From Alistipes sp. (lineage in GTDB: Bacteria; Bacteroidota; Bacteroidia; Bacteroidales; Rikenellaceae), in NCBI GenBank assembly GCA_045656505.1, contig JAZORI010000058.1, positions 38,173 through 102,172 on the forward strand: a stretch of DNA of 64,000 bases. The letters are read 5' to 3'. Below are positions 35,946-44,535 of the stretch, one piece after another (within the stretch, counting starts at the first letter, position 1; each line of letters starts with the position of its first letter). The notes below the pieces were generated by a model, which saw only the letters and a list, made by a program, of their open reading frames with translations, had not been told where the DNA came from and did not search any database. The translations under genes were made by a program, and so were the position numbers.

Positions 35946-36760
35946 ATGTAAAAGAACTTCTTAAAGAGTGCCAGCACCATAAGCAGGCTGTGTTGGCGAC
36001 CAATTTCTATAATCTCGAGACTTTGCAGGCCGTTATGCGTGCAGCACAGGCGACACAATCACCTGTTCTGTTGCAACTTACCCGCTCAAGTATCGACTAT
36101 ATGGGTCTTAAAAATGCCGTGGTAATGGCTCGTCAGGCTATTGCAGACTACGGCGTTAATGGTTGGGTGCACCTCGACCATGGTGGTAGCATTGAACTGG
36201 TTGAGCGCTGCCTGGATGCCGGATTTGATTCGGTGATGATTGATGCAAGTGAGGAGCCGTTCGAGGTAAATGTTGAGACCACTCGCAAAGTGGTGGAGAT
36301 GGCTGCCCCATATGGGGTAAATGTTGAGGCGGAGCTGGGCTATGTTGCAAAGCTCGGACAGCAGCAGGGTGGTGGCTTTACAACACCTGAGCAGGCAAAA
36401 CTCTTTGTAGAGCAGACCGGTGTTGATGCGCTTGCAGTATCTATCGGCTCGGCACACGGTTTCTATAAGCAGGCTCCAAAGCTCGATATTGAGCGCCTTG
36501 CACAGATTCGTGCCGTAACAGATGTTGCCCTTGTTCTGCATGGTAGCTCGGGCATCCCGCACGATATGGTGCAGAGCGCTATCTCTAATGGTATTGTCAA
36601 GGTAAACCTCGCAACCGAGATTAAAGATACCTTTATGCGTAACTTGAAGGCCATTCTGACTACAACAGATGAGATAGACCTGCGTAAAGTCTTCCCTAAG
36701 GCAACCGATGCAGTGGTGGAACTTCTTGTCGAAAAGTATAAAATGGTGAAAAATCTTTAG
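35942..36760 (+). CDS. Class II fructose/tagatose-bisphosphate aldolase (KbaY/GatY-like)
   Basis: HLDHG, VMIDAS, VEAELG, GSAHG, VLHGSSG, KVNLAT; ATGA overlap with the permease. Confidence 0.88.
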   Translation: MNVKELLKECQHHKQAVLATNFYNLETLQAVMRAAQATQSPVLLQLTRSSIDYMGLKNAVVMARQAIADYGVNGWVHLDHGGSIELVERCLDAGFDSVMIDASEEPFEVNVETTRKVVEMAAPYGVNVEAELGYVAKLGQQQGGGFTTPEQAKLFVEQTGVDALAVSIGSAHGFYKQAPKLDIERLAQIRAVTDVALVLHGSSGIPHDMVQSAISNGIVKVNLATEIKDTFMRNLKAILTTTDEIDLRKVFPKATDAVVELLVEKYKMVKNL

Positions 36761-36816
36761 TGTAAAGCAGACTTTCCATTTTTTATTTGTACCTTTGCAC
36801 GCAAAGAGAGTTACAC

Positions 36817-37224
36817 ATGGAAAAATACGAATCAAAACAGGGTCAAATATTTAAGTCGGCGGCGCAGATATATCCGCTTATATCTAACTTCTCGTTGCTC
36901 ACTCCAGCTGTATCTGATAAGGTGGAGGAGTGGTATGCAACCGAGGATACTTGCTCATTCAAGGTCAAGGGCTTTACCGTTAAACTCAGAATGGTGGATA
37001 AGCTCTTTGGTAAGCATGTCAAGATTACCGGCGATGATGGCGGTGTACCTATCGACTTTACCTTCTGGATTCAGCTCCATGAGGTGACGCCTACCGATAC
37101 CCGTATCCGTATGGTGCTCCACTGCGAACTCAATATGATGATGCGCATGATGGTCGGCGGCAAGATTCAGAAGGGGTTGGATAAGGCTGTGGAGGGGTTT
37201 GTGCAGGCGTTCAACCGCATCTAA
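36817..37224 (+). CDS. SRPBCC/CoxG-like small protein
   Basis: Start moved to ATG 36817, downstream of TACCTTTG at 36790-36797; C-terminal amphipathic helix typical of START-like folds. Confidence 0.6.
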   Translation: MEKYESKQGQIFKSAAQIYPLISNFSLLTPAVSDKVEEWYATEDTCSFKVKGFTVKLRMVDKLFGKHVKITGDDGGVPIDFTFWIQLHEVTPTDTRIRMVLHCELNMMMRMMVGGKIQKGLDKAVEGFVQAFNRI

Positions 37225-37231
37225 ATTTGCA

Positions 37232-37356
37232 TTTGTCGTGAAAAGGCAGCATTAGCTGCACATCCCTAAAAGCCCGACAATGGCTGTACGTTTTAGTACT
37301 ATCCATCGTCGGGCTTTTTACGCGATGCGCACCTACTACTACCTTTTGACGACAAA
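37232..37356 (+). repeat. Family B long palindromic repeat, copy 1
   Basis: Terminal IR TTTGTCGT/ACGACAAA; inner stem AAAAGCCCGAC.ATGG/CCAT.GTCGGGCTTTT; apical GTAC-GTTTTA-GTAC. Confidence 0.85.
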
Positions 37357-37360
37357 TGGG

Positions 37361-37484
37361 TTTTATCGTGATAGTGGCGCATTTGCACCATATCCTTCAA
37401 ATTCCCGAATGGGACGTACGTTAAGTACTACCCATCCGAGAATTTTTCACGATATAGCGCAACTACACCACTTTGACGATAAAA
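37361..37484 (+). repeat. Family B long palindromic repeat, copy 2
   Basis: Terminal IR TTTTATCGT/ACGATAAAA; apical GTAC-GTTAA-GTAC; tandem with copy 1. Confidence 0.85.
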
Positions 37485-37543
37485 CAGTGCAGGGATTTAT
37501 CAGTGTACAAACCCGGGAAAACCTTTTGCGTAGCAATAAATAT

Positions 37544-37580
37544 ACATCCGCGCAGCGGATACCTCTATAAGGCTAATACC
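37544..37580 (+). repeat. Module C mini-hairpin repeat
   Basis: ACATCCGCGCAGCGGATACCTCTATAAGGCTAATACC; 34/37 identical to 51651-51687. Confidence 0.85.
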
Positions 37581-37837
37581 ATGCGAGGAGGAAGGGTCGG
37601 CGCAGCCGAGCCAATAGCCAACGGCTAATCGCTAGCAGTGAAGCTCTGCTCCGCCGAGCTGACGGCAAATATCTGTCGCATAAGGGTTAATTTTCAAATT
37701 TTCTTAAAAAAAACGGGCGAAAGTTTTACCTTTTGCAAAAATAAGTGTATATTTGTGGCCGATTTCGCTCTGATTGAGAGCGAGATAGGTTTTTAAGATA
37801 AGGTTTAAGTATAATTAATAAACAAAAATTTACAGCT

Positions 37838-38110
37838 ATGACAAAGGCAGATATCGTAACAGAGATTGCGAAGAAGACTGGTGTTGAGAAGGTTCAGATT
37901 CAGGCAATCGTTGAGTCTTTCATGGAGGAGATTAAGGACTCTTTGGGCCGTGGTGAGAATGTTTATCTCCGTGGTTTCGGTTCTTTCATCGTTAAGACTC
38001 GCGCAGAGAAGGTTGCTCGCAATATCTCTAAGAATACAACTATCACTATCCCTGAGCACAAGATTCCTGCATTCAAGCCAGCGAAGACTTTCACTGCTAA
38101 GGTAAAGTAA
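37838..38110 (+). CDS. hup: DNA-binding protein HU
   Basis: MTKADIV...VYLRGFGSF...ARNISKN...IPAFKP; promoter TATATTTG at 37748-37755. Confidence 0.95.
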   Translation: MTKADIVTEIAKKTGVEKVQIQAIVESFMEEIKDSLGRGENVYLRGFGSFIVKTRAEKVARNISKNTTITIPEHKIPAFKPAKTFTAKVK

Positions 38111-38146
38111 TTTGACACTATTGTTTAATCTTTAATATTTACAACT

Positions 38147-38236
38147 ATGCCAAACGGAAAGAAGCATAAGCGTCACAAGATGGCGACCCACAAGCGTAAG
38201 AAGCGTCTGCGTAAGGATCGTCACAAGAAGAAGTAG
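38147..38236 (+). CDS. 29-aa basic protein, bS22-type small ribosomal protein (not in the ORF track)
   Basis: MPNGKKHKRHKMATHKRKKRLRKDRHKKK*; AT-rich leader; resembles the Bacteroidota bS22 sequence as recalled. Confidence 0.8.
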   Translation: MPNGKKHKRHKMATHKRKKRLRKDRHKKK

Positions 38237-38425
38237 TATGCCCGGCGGCATATTGCTTAGATAGGAGTATAGCGCTAAAGGGTCCTCCCTTTAGCGTTCC
38301 TATTATTGAGGAATGGGTAAATGGCTGATTTTTTTCGTTACAATCTGTTCGAAATATCGGATTCAATCTATCACTCCTCGCTATACAAAGCCTCGAAAGA
38401 GGTCTAAAAACGATAATCTTGTACT

Positions 38426-40117
38426 ATGAACCGTGAGTTAATTATCAATGTAACATCTACCGAGATAAATATTGCCCTTTGTGAGGATAAGGTGTTGGTA
38501 GAGTTGGGTAAGGATATGGCACAGACAGGCTTTTCTGTAGGTGACATATACCTCGGCAAGGTGCGCAAGATTATGCCCGGACTCAACGCCGCGTTTGTAA
38601 ATATTGGACATGAACGCGACGCTTTTATCCACTATCAGGACTTAGGACCACACTTCCCCGCACTCGACAAGGTTGTCGATAGTTGGGCTCCAGGGAAGAA
38701 GGCGCTTCGTGTAGAGGCGATGAAGATTGATACCCCTCTGGAGAAGGATGGTAAGATTTCAGACCATCTGCAAGTAGGTCAGACCGTTATGGTTCAAATC
38801 TCTAAGGAGGCTATCTCTACAAAGGGACCACGTCTGACTTGCGATATCTCGTTGGCGGGAAGAAATATTGTCCTTGTTCCATTCTCCTCAAAGGTCTTCC
38901 TTTCGCAGAAGATTCGCTCCAACGAGGAGAAGAAGCGCCTCAAGCGTGTTGCTGCAGGCGTACTTCCAAAGAATTTTGGTGTAATCATTCGCACCGCAGC
39001 CACAAATGCCACCGATCTTGATGTTGAGCAGGATATCCTTGCTGCTGTAGAGAAGTGGAATAAGACTTGTCAGCAGATTCGCCGCAATCAGGTGCCGGCA
39101 CTGCTTATGGGTGAGATGAGCCGCGCCAATACAATTATTCGTGACTCCCTCGATGGCACATTTACGCAGATTTGTGTCGATGATGAGGGTATGTACAACG
39201 AAATCAGAAACTATATTCAGTCGGTAGATCCCGAGAAGGTCAAGTTGGTGAAACTTTACCGTGGATCGGTACCGATTTTTGACAACTTCGATATCTCGCG
39301 ACAGATAAAGTCGCTCTTTGCTCGATATGTATCTCTGAAGAGAGGTGCCTACCTTATTATAGAGTCAACGGAGGCGATGAACGTCATTGACGTTAACTCC
39401 GGAAACCGCACCAAGGCGGATGACAACCAGGAGGAACATGTCCTTGAGGTCAACCTTGCGGCTGCGGCGGAGATTGCTCGTCAGCTCCGACTCAGAGATT
39501 TGGGTGGTATTGTGATTATCGACTTTATAGATATGCACAAGACGCAGAGCCGCCAGTTGCTCTACGATGAGATGCAGCGCTTAATGGCAACCGACAAGGC
39601 TCGCCACACAATCCTGCCGCTGACCAAGTTTGGTCTGATGCAGATTACGCGCCAGCGCATCCGTCCGGTAGCTATTAAGGATATCCGAGAGCTCTGCCCA
39701 ACATGCGGTGGCTCGGGAAAGGTCGAGCCTACAGTGCTTCTTGAGCGTACTATTGAGAATCAGTTGTCACTCCTGGCAGAGGAGCATGGTGAGCGTTATG
39801 TAAACCTTGTAGTCAGCCCATATATTGCAGCCTTCCTTAAGCAGGGACTTATCTCTCTGCGTACCCGTTGGGCGCTGCGCTATGGTATGTTTATCTCGGT
39901 TACAGCCTCACAAAGTGCAGGTATCATAGAGGTCAAGTATCTCGATCGCAAGGGTGAGGATATGTTGCATCCGAACTATATAGGCAACCGCAAACCTAAA
40001 AAGAGGGTTGATATTAAGGTTGAAAAGCTCGTTCCAAAGGATAAGGAGCGTAAGGGACAGAGCGGTAGAGGTAAGCGTCGAGTAAAGAAGATAAGTGATA
40101 CAAAGGATAAAGAGTAG
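38426..40117 (+). CDS. rng: Ribonuclease E/G family (RNase G)
   Basis: S1 domain (VGDIYLGKV...LNAAFV), IDVNSG, LRDLGGIVIIDFIDM, CPTCGGSG. Confidence 0.92.
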   Translation: MNRELIINVTSTEINIALCEDKVLVELGKDMAQTGFSVGDIYLGKVRKIMPGLNAAFVNIGHERDAFIHYQDLGPHFPALDKVVDSWAPGKKALRVEAMKIDTPLEKDGKISDHLQVGQTVMVQISKEAISTKGPRLTCDISLAGRNIVLVPFSSKVFLSQKIRSNEEKKRLKRVAAGVLPKNFGVIIRTAATNATDLDVEQDILAAVEKWNKTCQQIRRNQVPALLMGEMSRANTIIRDSLDGTFTQICVDDEGMYNEIRNYIQSVDPEKVKLVKLYRGSVPIFDNFDISRQIKSLFARYVSLKRGAYLIIESTEAMNVIDVNSGNRTKADDNQEEHVLEVNLAAAAEIARQLRLRDLGGIVIIDFIDMHKTQSRQLLYDEMQRLMATDKARHTILPLTKFGLMQITRQRIRPVAIKDIRELCPTCGGSGKVEPTVLLERTIENQLSLLAEEHGERYVNLVVSPYIAAFLKQGLISLRTRWALRYGMFISVTASQSAGIIEVKYLDRKGEDMLHPNYIGNRKPKKRVDIKVEKLVPKDKERKGQSGRGKRRVKKISDTKDKE

Positions 40118-40133
40118 GGTATAACCTGTAAAG

Positions 40134-43100
40134 ATGCACAAAATAGTCCAGACAGCGACACAGACTGTTCCGTTTGTGCAGCTGCAAAAAGAGTTGAAAC
40201 AGAAGGGCAACACCGTCTATCTCAATGAGTTAGTCGGAGGGGCCCTTACGTTTTATTTGGCAGCATCAGTGACAAAAAATGCTGGTCTGCATATACTTGT
40301 GGCGGAGGATCGTGATGCGGCAGCATATGCGATGAATGACCTCTATGCACTGCTTGACGAGAAGAGAGTATTGTTCTTCCCGTCTGCCTATAAACGCTCT
40401 GTACTCTACGGCCGAGAGGATGCGGAGAGTATAGTTATGCGTACAAATACGATGAATGCCATCAAGAGCCTTGCGGCGGATGACTATCTTGTTGTCTGCA
40501 CATATCCCGATGCTATAGCCGAGAAGATTGTGGCAAGTGAGGAGCTTGAACAGCGCAAGATTAGAATCTGCTGTGGTGATAGGGTAGATATTGGCGACTT
40601 GGTTGATGAACTTGAGTCTCAGGGCTTTGTGCGTGTAGATTTTGTCTATGAGCCAGGTCAGTACTCTGTCCGAGGAGGTATCGTAGATATATTTTCATAC
40701 TCTGAGAGCCGCCCATATCGCCTCGACTTTTTTGATGACGAGGTAGAGTCGCTGCGCCGTTTTGAGATTGCTAATCAACTCTCGTCCGATAAGTTGGAGA
40801 GCGTGGATATTATCGGAAATATCAACCGTGCAGAGAGCCGTAATAGCTCGTTTGCCGCGTTTGTTGGTCAGAGTGCCGCCTATTGGTTTTATGATGCTGA
40901 TTACATCCTGCGTAAGGTTGATGATATCCGCATAAAGGCGATGGAGAGTAGCGAGGAGCCTCAGTTGGTAGCTCAGCGAATGACCTCGCGTAAGGAGCTG
41001 ATGACAGACTTGGAGCAGAGTACATTGCTGCTTCTTAAGAATAACCTTACCGAACGCCCTGCGCGTACAACGGTCATCTTCCATACCCAACCACAGGCGA
41101 AATTTGGCAAAAATTACGAACGCCTCGCCGACGATATTGCATATCGTAAGGGTGAGGGGTTGAGCTGTTATATCCTCTCGGATAATCATGCGCAGATGGA
41201 GCGATTGGAGAATATTTTTCACTCTATATCGCGCCCGGATGTGAGCCTTGAGATGATGCGTCTGTTGCTGCACGAGGGTTTTGTCGATTACGATACGAAA
41301 CTCTGTCTATATACTGAGCATCAGCTATTTGACCGCTATCGACGCTATAAAATCAATGGTGAGATTAAGCGCGATGAGCAGATGACCGTGGCAGAGCTTA
41401 ACGCCCTGCGAGTTGGTGACTATGTCGTGCATATTGACCACGGAGTTGGTCGATTTGATGGCCTTGTGACCCTGCCAGACCCTATGGGTGGAAAGCCACG
41501 AGAGGTTATTAAGCTTGTTTATCGTGATGGCGATGTGCTCTTTATCAATGTTCACTCTCTGCACTGCATCTCTCGCTATAAGAGTGGTGATGGCGAGCGC
41601 CCGAAGGTGCATAAACTTGGCAGTGGCGCTTGGCAAAAACTTAAGACGGCAACAAAGAGGGCTGTCAAGGATATCTCGCGTGAGCTTATTGCCCTCTATG
41701 CAAAACGTAAGGCAAGTGAGGGTTTTGCCTTCTCGCCCGATAGTTATCTACAGCAGGCTATGGAGGCCTCTTTCCGATATGAGGAGACCCCTGATCAGCA
41801 GCGAGCAATTGAGGCAGTAAAGAGTGATATGGAGTCATCGCGCCCGATGGATAGACTCATCTGCGGAGATGTTGGTTTTGGAAAGACCGAGGTGGCTATC
41901 CGTGCAGCGTTCAAGGCGGCTGTTGATGGAAAACAGGTGGCGGTGCTTGTGCCGACAACTATTCTTGCTCTGCAGCACTACCGCTCATTTATGGAGCGAC
42001 TCAGAGATATGCCGATACGTGTGGAGTATCTCAATCGCTCAAAGAGCGCAAAGCAGACACGCCAAATTGCCGAAGATTTGGAGGCGGGAAAGATTGATAT
42101 CCTTATCGGAACGCATAAGATACTCGGTAGCGGGATAAAGTTTAGGGATTTGGGTCTGCTCATTATTGACGAAGAGCAGCGTTTTGGCGTTGCAGCAAAG
42201 GAGAAGCTGACCCATATGAGTGTCAATGTCGATACGCTGACCCTTACGGCAACACCTATTCCGCGAACATTGCAGTTCTCGCTGATGGGCTCGCGCGATT
42301 TGTCGGTTATCTCTACACCTCCACCAAATAGACAACCGATTATCACAGAGTCACATACATTCTCCGAGGAGCTGGTTAAGGATGCCATTGAGGCGGAGCT
42401 GTCGCGTGGTGGTCAGGTCTATTTTATACATAACAACGTGGAGCAACTTGAGGATATCCGTGGAATGGTCAGCCGTCTCTGCCCTAAGGCGCGTGTTGTT
42501 GCAGCACATGGTCGCATGAAGGCGAGTGATATGGAGCGACTGATTATGGATTTCATCTATGGCGAGAGTGATGTGCTTGTGGCAACGACTATCATCGAGA
42601 GCGGAGTGGATATCCCGAATGTGAATACCATCATCATCAATAATGCTGACCACTTTGGTCTGAGCAACCTGCATCAGCTGCGTGGTCGTGTGGGTCGAAG
42701 TGACCGTAAGGCGTATTGCTACCTCTTAAGTAGGCCAAATGAGCTGCTGTCGGACGATGCACGCCGTAGATTGAGGGCGATTGAGGAGTTCTCCGATTTG
42801 GGTTCGGGATTCAATATCGCTATGCAGGATCTGGATATCCGTGGCGCGGGTAATCTGTTGGGTGCCGAGCAGAGTGGATTTATTGCCGATATCGGTTTTG
42901 AGACCTACCAGAAGATTCTCAATGAGGCTATTGCTGAGTTGCGTGCCGAGGGCCTTGATGTGGCGGGATTGTCGGCAGAGGAGCAGAAGGTTGTCAGCAG
43001 AATGAGCTATGTGGATGATGTAACGGTGGAGCTTGGCGTAGAAGCCTCACTGCCAGCAGATTATGTACAGCAGCCTGCTGAGCGATTAAGACTCTATCGC

Positions 43101-43463
43101 GAGCTGGATTCGATTGTTGAAGAGTCGCTGTTGCAGCAGTTTGAGACAAGGCTTGTTGACCGCTTTGGCCGTATTCCTGACGCGGCACGACAACTGCTTG
43201 ATGTTGTGCGACTTAGATGGGTGGCAGCCGAGCTTGGAATCGAGCGTGTGAAGATTAAAAATGGACTTATGATTGTCGCTTTTGTGGGTGATGACCGCTC
43301 GCCATTCTATAAGACCGAGCAGTTTATGACCCTCCTTCGCCGCGTCACCTCGCAACCCGAGCGTTTTGTCCTCAAGCAGCGCGATACAAAACTTGCGATG
43401 ACTGTGCGAAATGTTGCTTCGGTTGCTGATGGCGTGAGAGTATTGACCGAATTGAAATCATAA
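40134..43463 (+). CDS. mfd: Transcription-repair coupling factor
   Basis: VGDYVVHIDHGVG, GDVGFGKT, DEEQRFG, TATPIPRT, QLRGRVGR. Confidence 0.97.
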   Translation: MHKIVQTATQTVPFVQLQKELKQKGNTVYLNELVGGALTFYLAASVTKNAGLHILVAEDRDAAAYAMNDLYALLDEKRVLFFPSAYKRSVLYGREDAESIVMRTNTMNAIKSLAADDYLVVCTYPDAIAEKIVASEELEQRKIRICCGDRVDIGDLVDELESQGFVRVDFVYEPGQYSVRGGIVDIFSYSESRPYRLDFFDDEVESLRRFEIANQLSSDKLESVDIIGNINRAESRNSSFAAFVGQSAAYWFYDADYILRKVDDIRIKAMESSEEPQLVAQRMTSRKELMTDLEQSTLLLLKNNLTERPARTTVIFHTQPQAKFGKNYERLADDIAYRKGEGLSCYILSDNHAQMERLENIFHSISRPDVSLEMMRLLLHEGFVDYDTKLCLYTEHQLFDRYRRYKINGEIKRDEQMTVAELNALRVGDYVVHIDHGVGRFDGLVTLPDPMGGKPREVIKLVYRDGDVLFINVHSLHCISRYKSGDGERPKVHKLGSGAWQKLKTATKRAVKDISRELIALYAKRKASEGFAFSPDSYLQQAMEASFRYEETPDQQRAIEAVKSDMESSRPMDRLICGDVGFGKTEVAIRAAFKAAVDGKQVAVLVPTTILALQHYRSFMERLRDMPIRVEYLNRSKSAKQTRQIAEDLEAGKIDILIGTHKILGSGIKFRDLGLLIIDEEQRFGVAAKEKLTHMSVNVDTLTLTATPIPRTLQFSLMGSRDLSVISTPPPNRQPIITESHTFSEELVKDAIEAELSRGGQVYFIHNNVEQLEDIRGMVSRLCPKARVVAAHGRMKASDMERLIMDFIYGESDVLVATTIIESGVDIPNVNTIIINNADHFGLSNLHQLRGRVGRSDRKAYCYLLSRPNELLSDDARRRLRAIEEFSDLGSGFNIAMQDLDIRGAGNLLGAEQSGFIADIGFETYQKILNEAIAELRAEGLDVAGLSAEEQKVVSRMSYVDDVTVELGVEASLPADYVQQPAERLRLYRELDSIVEESLLQQFETRLVDRFGRIPDAARQLLDVVRLRWVAAELGIERVKIKNGLMIVAFVGDDRSPFYKTEQFMTLLRRVTSQPERFVLKQRDTKLAMTVRNVASVADGVRVLTELKS

Positions 43464-43484
43464 ATACAAACATGAAAATCAAAC

Positions 43485-43512
43485 AGCTAATAGCTAAAAG
43501 CCAATAGCCAAC
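43485..43512 (+). repeat. Heptamer tandem run AGCYAAN x4
   Basis: AGCTAAT AGCTAAA AGCCAAT AGCCAAC; related runs at 32512-32546, 37609-37636 and 51678-51705. Confidence 0.8.
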
Positions 43513-43593
43513 GCTGCGATTAAGCCGAGAGCAGAGTCAAGCTTGCTTGAACTATGCCGAGGCGGAGCAGGGACGGGTTGCCAAAGGCAAGCC

Positions 43594-43674
43594 AACGGCA
43601 ATATAGCACAAATATACAGCGAGAGATAATGCAAACTTGTAATTTAATCATAGATACGGGCAATACTTTTCATA
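43594..43674 (+). repeat. 81-bp exact direct repeat, copy 1
   Basis: Identical to 43745-43825; contains the coaX leader and first 15 codons. Confidence 0.95.
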
Positions 43675-43688
43675 TAATCGGAGCGTAG
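43629..43688 (+). pseudogene. Truncated duplicate of the coaX 5' end (19-aa ORF)
   Basis: MQTCNLIIDTGNTFHIIGA*; first 15 aa identical to CoaX, then runs into module D and stops. Confidence 0.8.
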
Positions 43689-43734
43689 CGACTAAGCCTC
43701 CCTTTGCCAAAGGGAGGTTTGGAGGGAATGTAAA
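43678..43734 (+). repeat. Module D palindromic repeat
   Basis: TCGGAGCGTAGCGACTAAGCCTCCCTTTGCCAAAGGGAGG...ATGTAAA; homologous to 62941-62997. Confidence 0.85.
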
Positions 43735-43744
43735 GATGCAATTT

Positions 43745-43825
43745 AACGGCAATATAGCACAAATATACAGCGAGAGATAATGCAAACTTGTAATTTAATC
43801 ATAGATACGGGCAATACTTTTCATA
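43745..43825 (+). repeat. 81-bp exact direct repeat, copy 2
   Basis: Identical to 43594-43674 (offset 151); overlaps the true coaX start. Confidence 0.95.
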
Positions 43826-44535
43826 AAATTGCCGTTATAGGTATGAACAACAACATTCTGGAGGAGAGGGTAGTGCCTGAACTTACGGAGGAGGTTGTTT
43901 GTCAGATATGTAGTGCTTACGCTCCGTCGAAGGCCATTATATCATCTACTCGTGGCGATGCTCAGAGGAGTAGAGGTCTGTTAGAGGGTAAGGTGCAATA
44001 TGTTCTTTGTTTGGATAGTAAGACGCCACTGCCCATTGCGCTTGACTATAATCGAGCGACAATTGGAACAGATCGTATAGCGGCAGCAGTAGGTGCGGTA
44101 GAGATGTATGGCGCTGATAAGAGTATCCTTGTGGTGGATGCAGGTACGGCGATAACGCTCGATTTTATTGACTGCGGAGTATTTCGCGGAGGCAATATCT
44201 CTCCGGGTGTGGATATGCGACTTGAGGCGCTTAATGAGAAGACGGCGACCCTTCCGCTCTGCTCACCAAAGGCTCTTGATGCAGTTGCGCCACAGCTCGG
44301 TCATTCGACCGATGAGGCGATAGTTTTTGGCGTGATGGAGGGTGTTTTTTACGAAGTAAAAGGGTATATTGACGCTTTTGTCGAAAAAAATGCAGATTTA
44401 TTGACAATTTTTATCGGAGGAGACGCAGAATATTTTGAGAATCGAATTAAAAATGCGATATTTGCGGGTCGTAAAGTCGTCTTTTGCGGCCTTAATAGAA
44501 TTTTAGAATACAATGCAGAGAATGAAGATATATAG
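43780..44535 (+). CDS. coaX: Type III pantothenate kinase
   Basis: IIDTGNT, IGTDRIAA, VVDAGTAIT, GGNISPG, GGDA. Confidence 0.92.
   Translation: MQTCNLIIDTGNTFHKIAVIGMNNNILEERVVPELTEEVVCQICSAYAPSKAIISSTRGDAQRSRGLLEGKVQYVLCLDSKTPLPIALDYNRATIGTDRIAAAVGAVEMYGADKSILVVDAGTAITLDFIDCGVFRGGNISPGVDMRLEALNEKTATLPLCSPKALDAVAPQLGHSTDEAIVFGVMEGVFYEVKGYIDAFVEKNADLLTIFIGGDAEYFENRIKNAIFAGRKVVFCGLNRILEYNAENEDI

Noticed and set aside
37232-37484. CRISPR array
   Set aside because: Two long divergent hairpins, with no short identical repeats separated by unique spacers and no cas genes.
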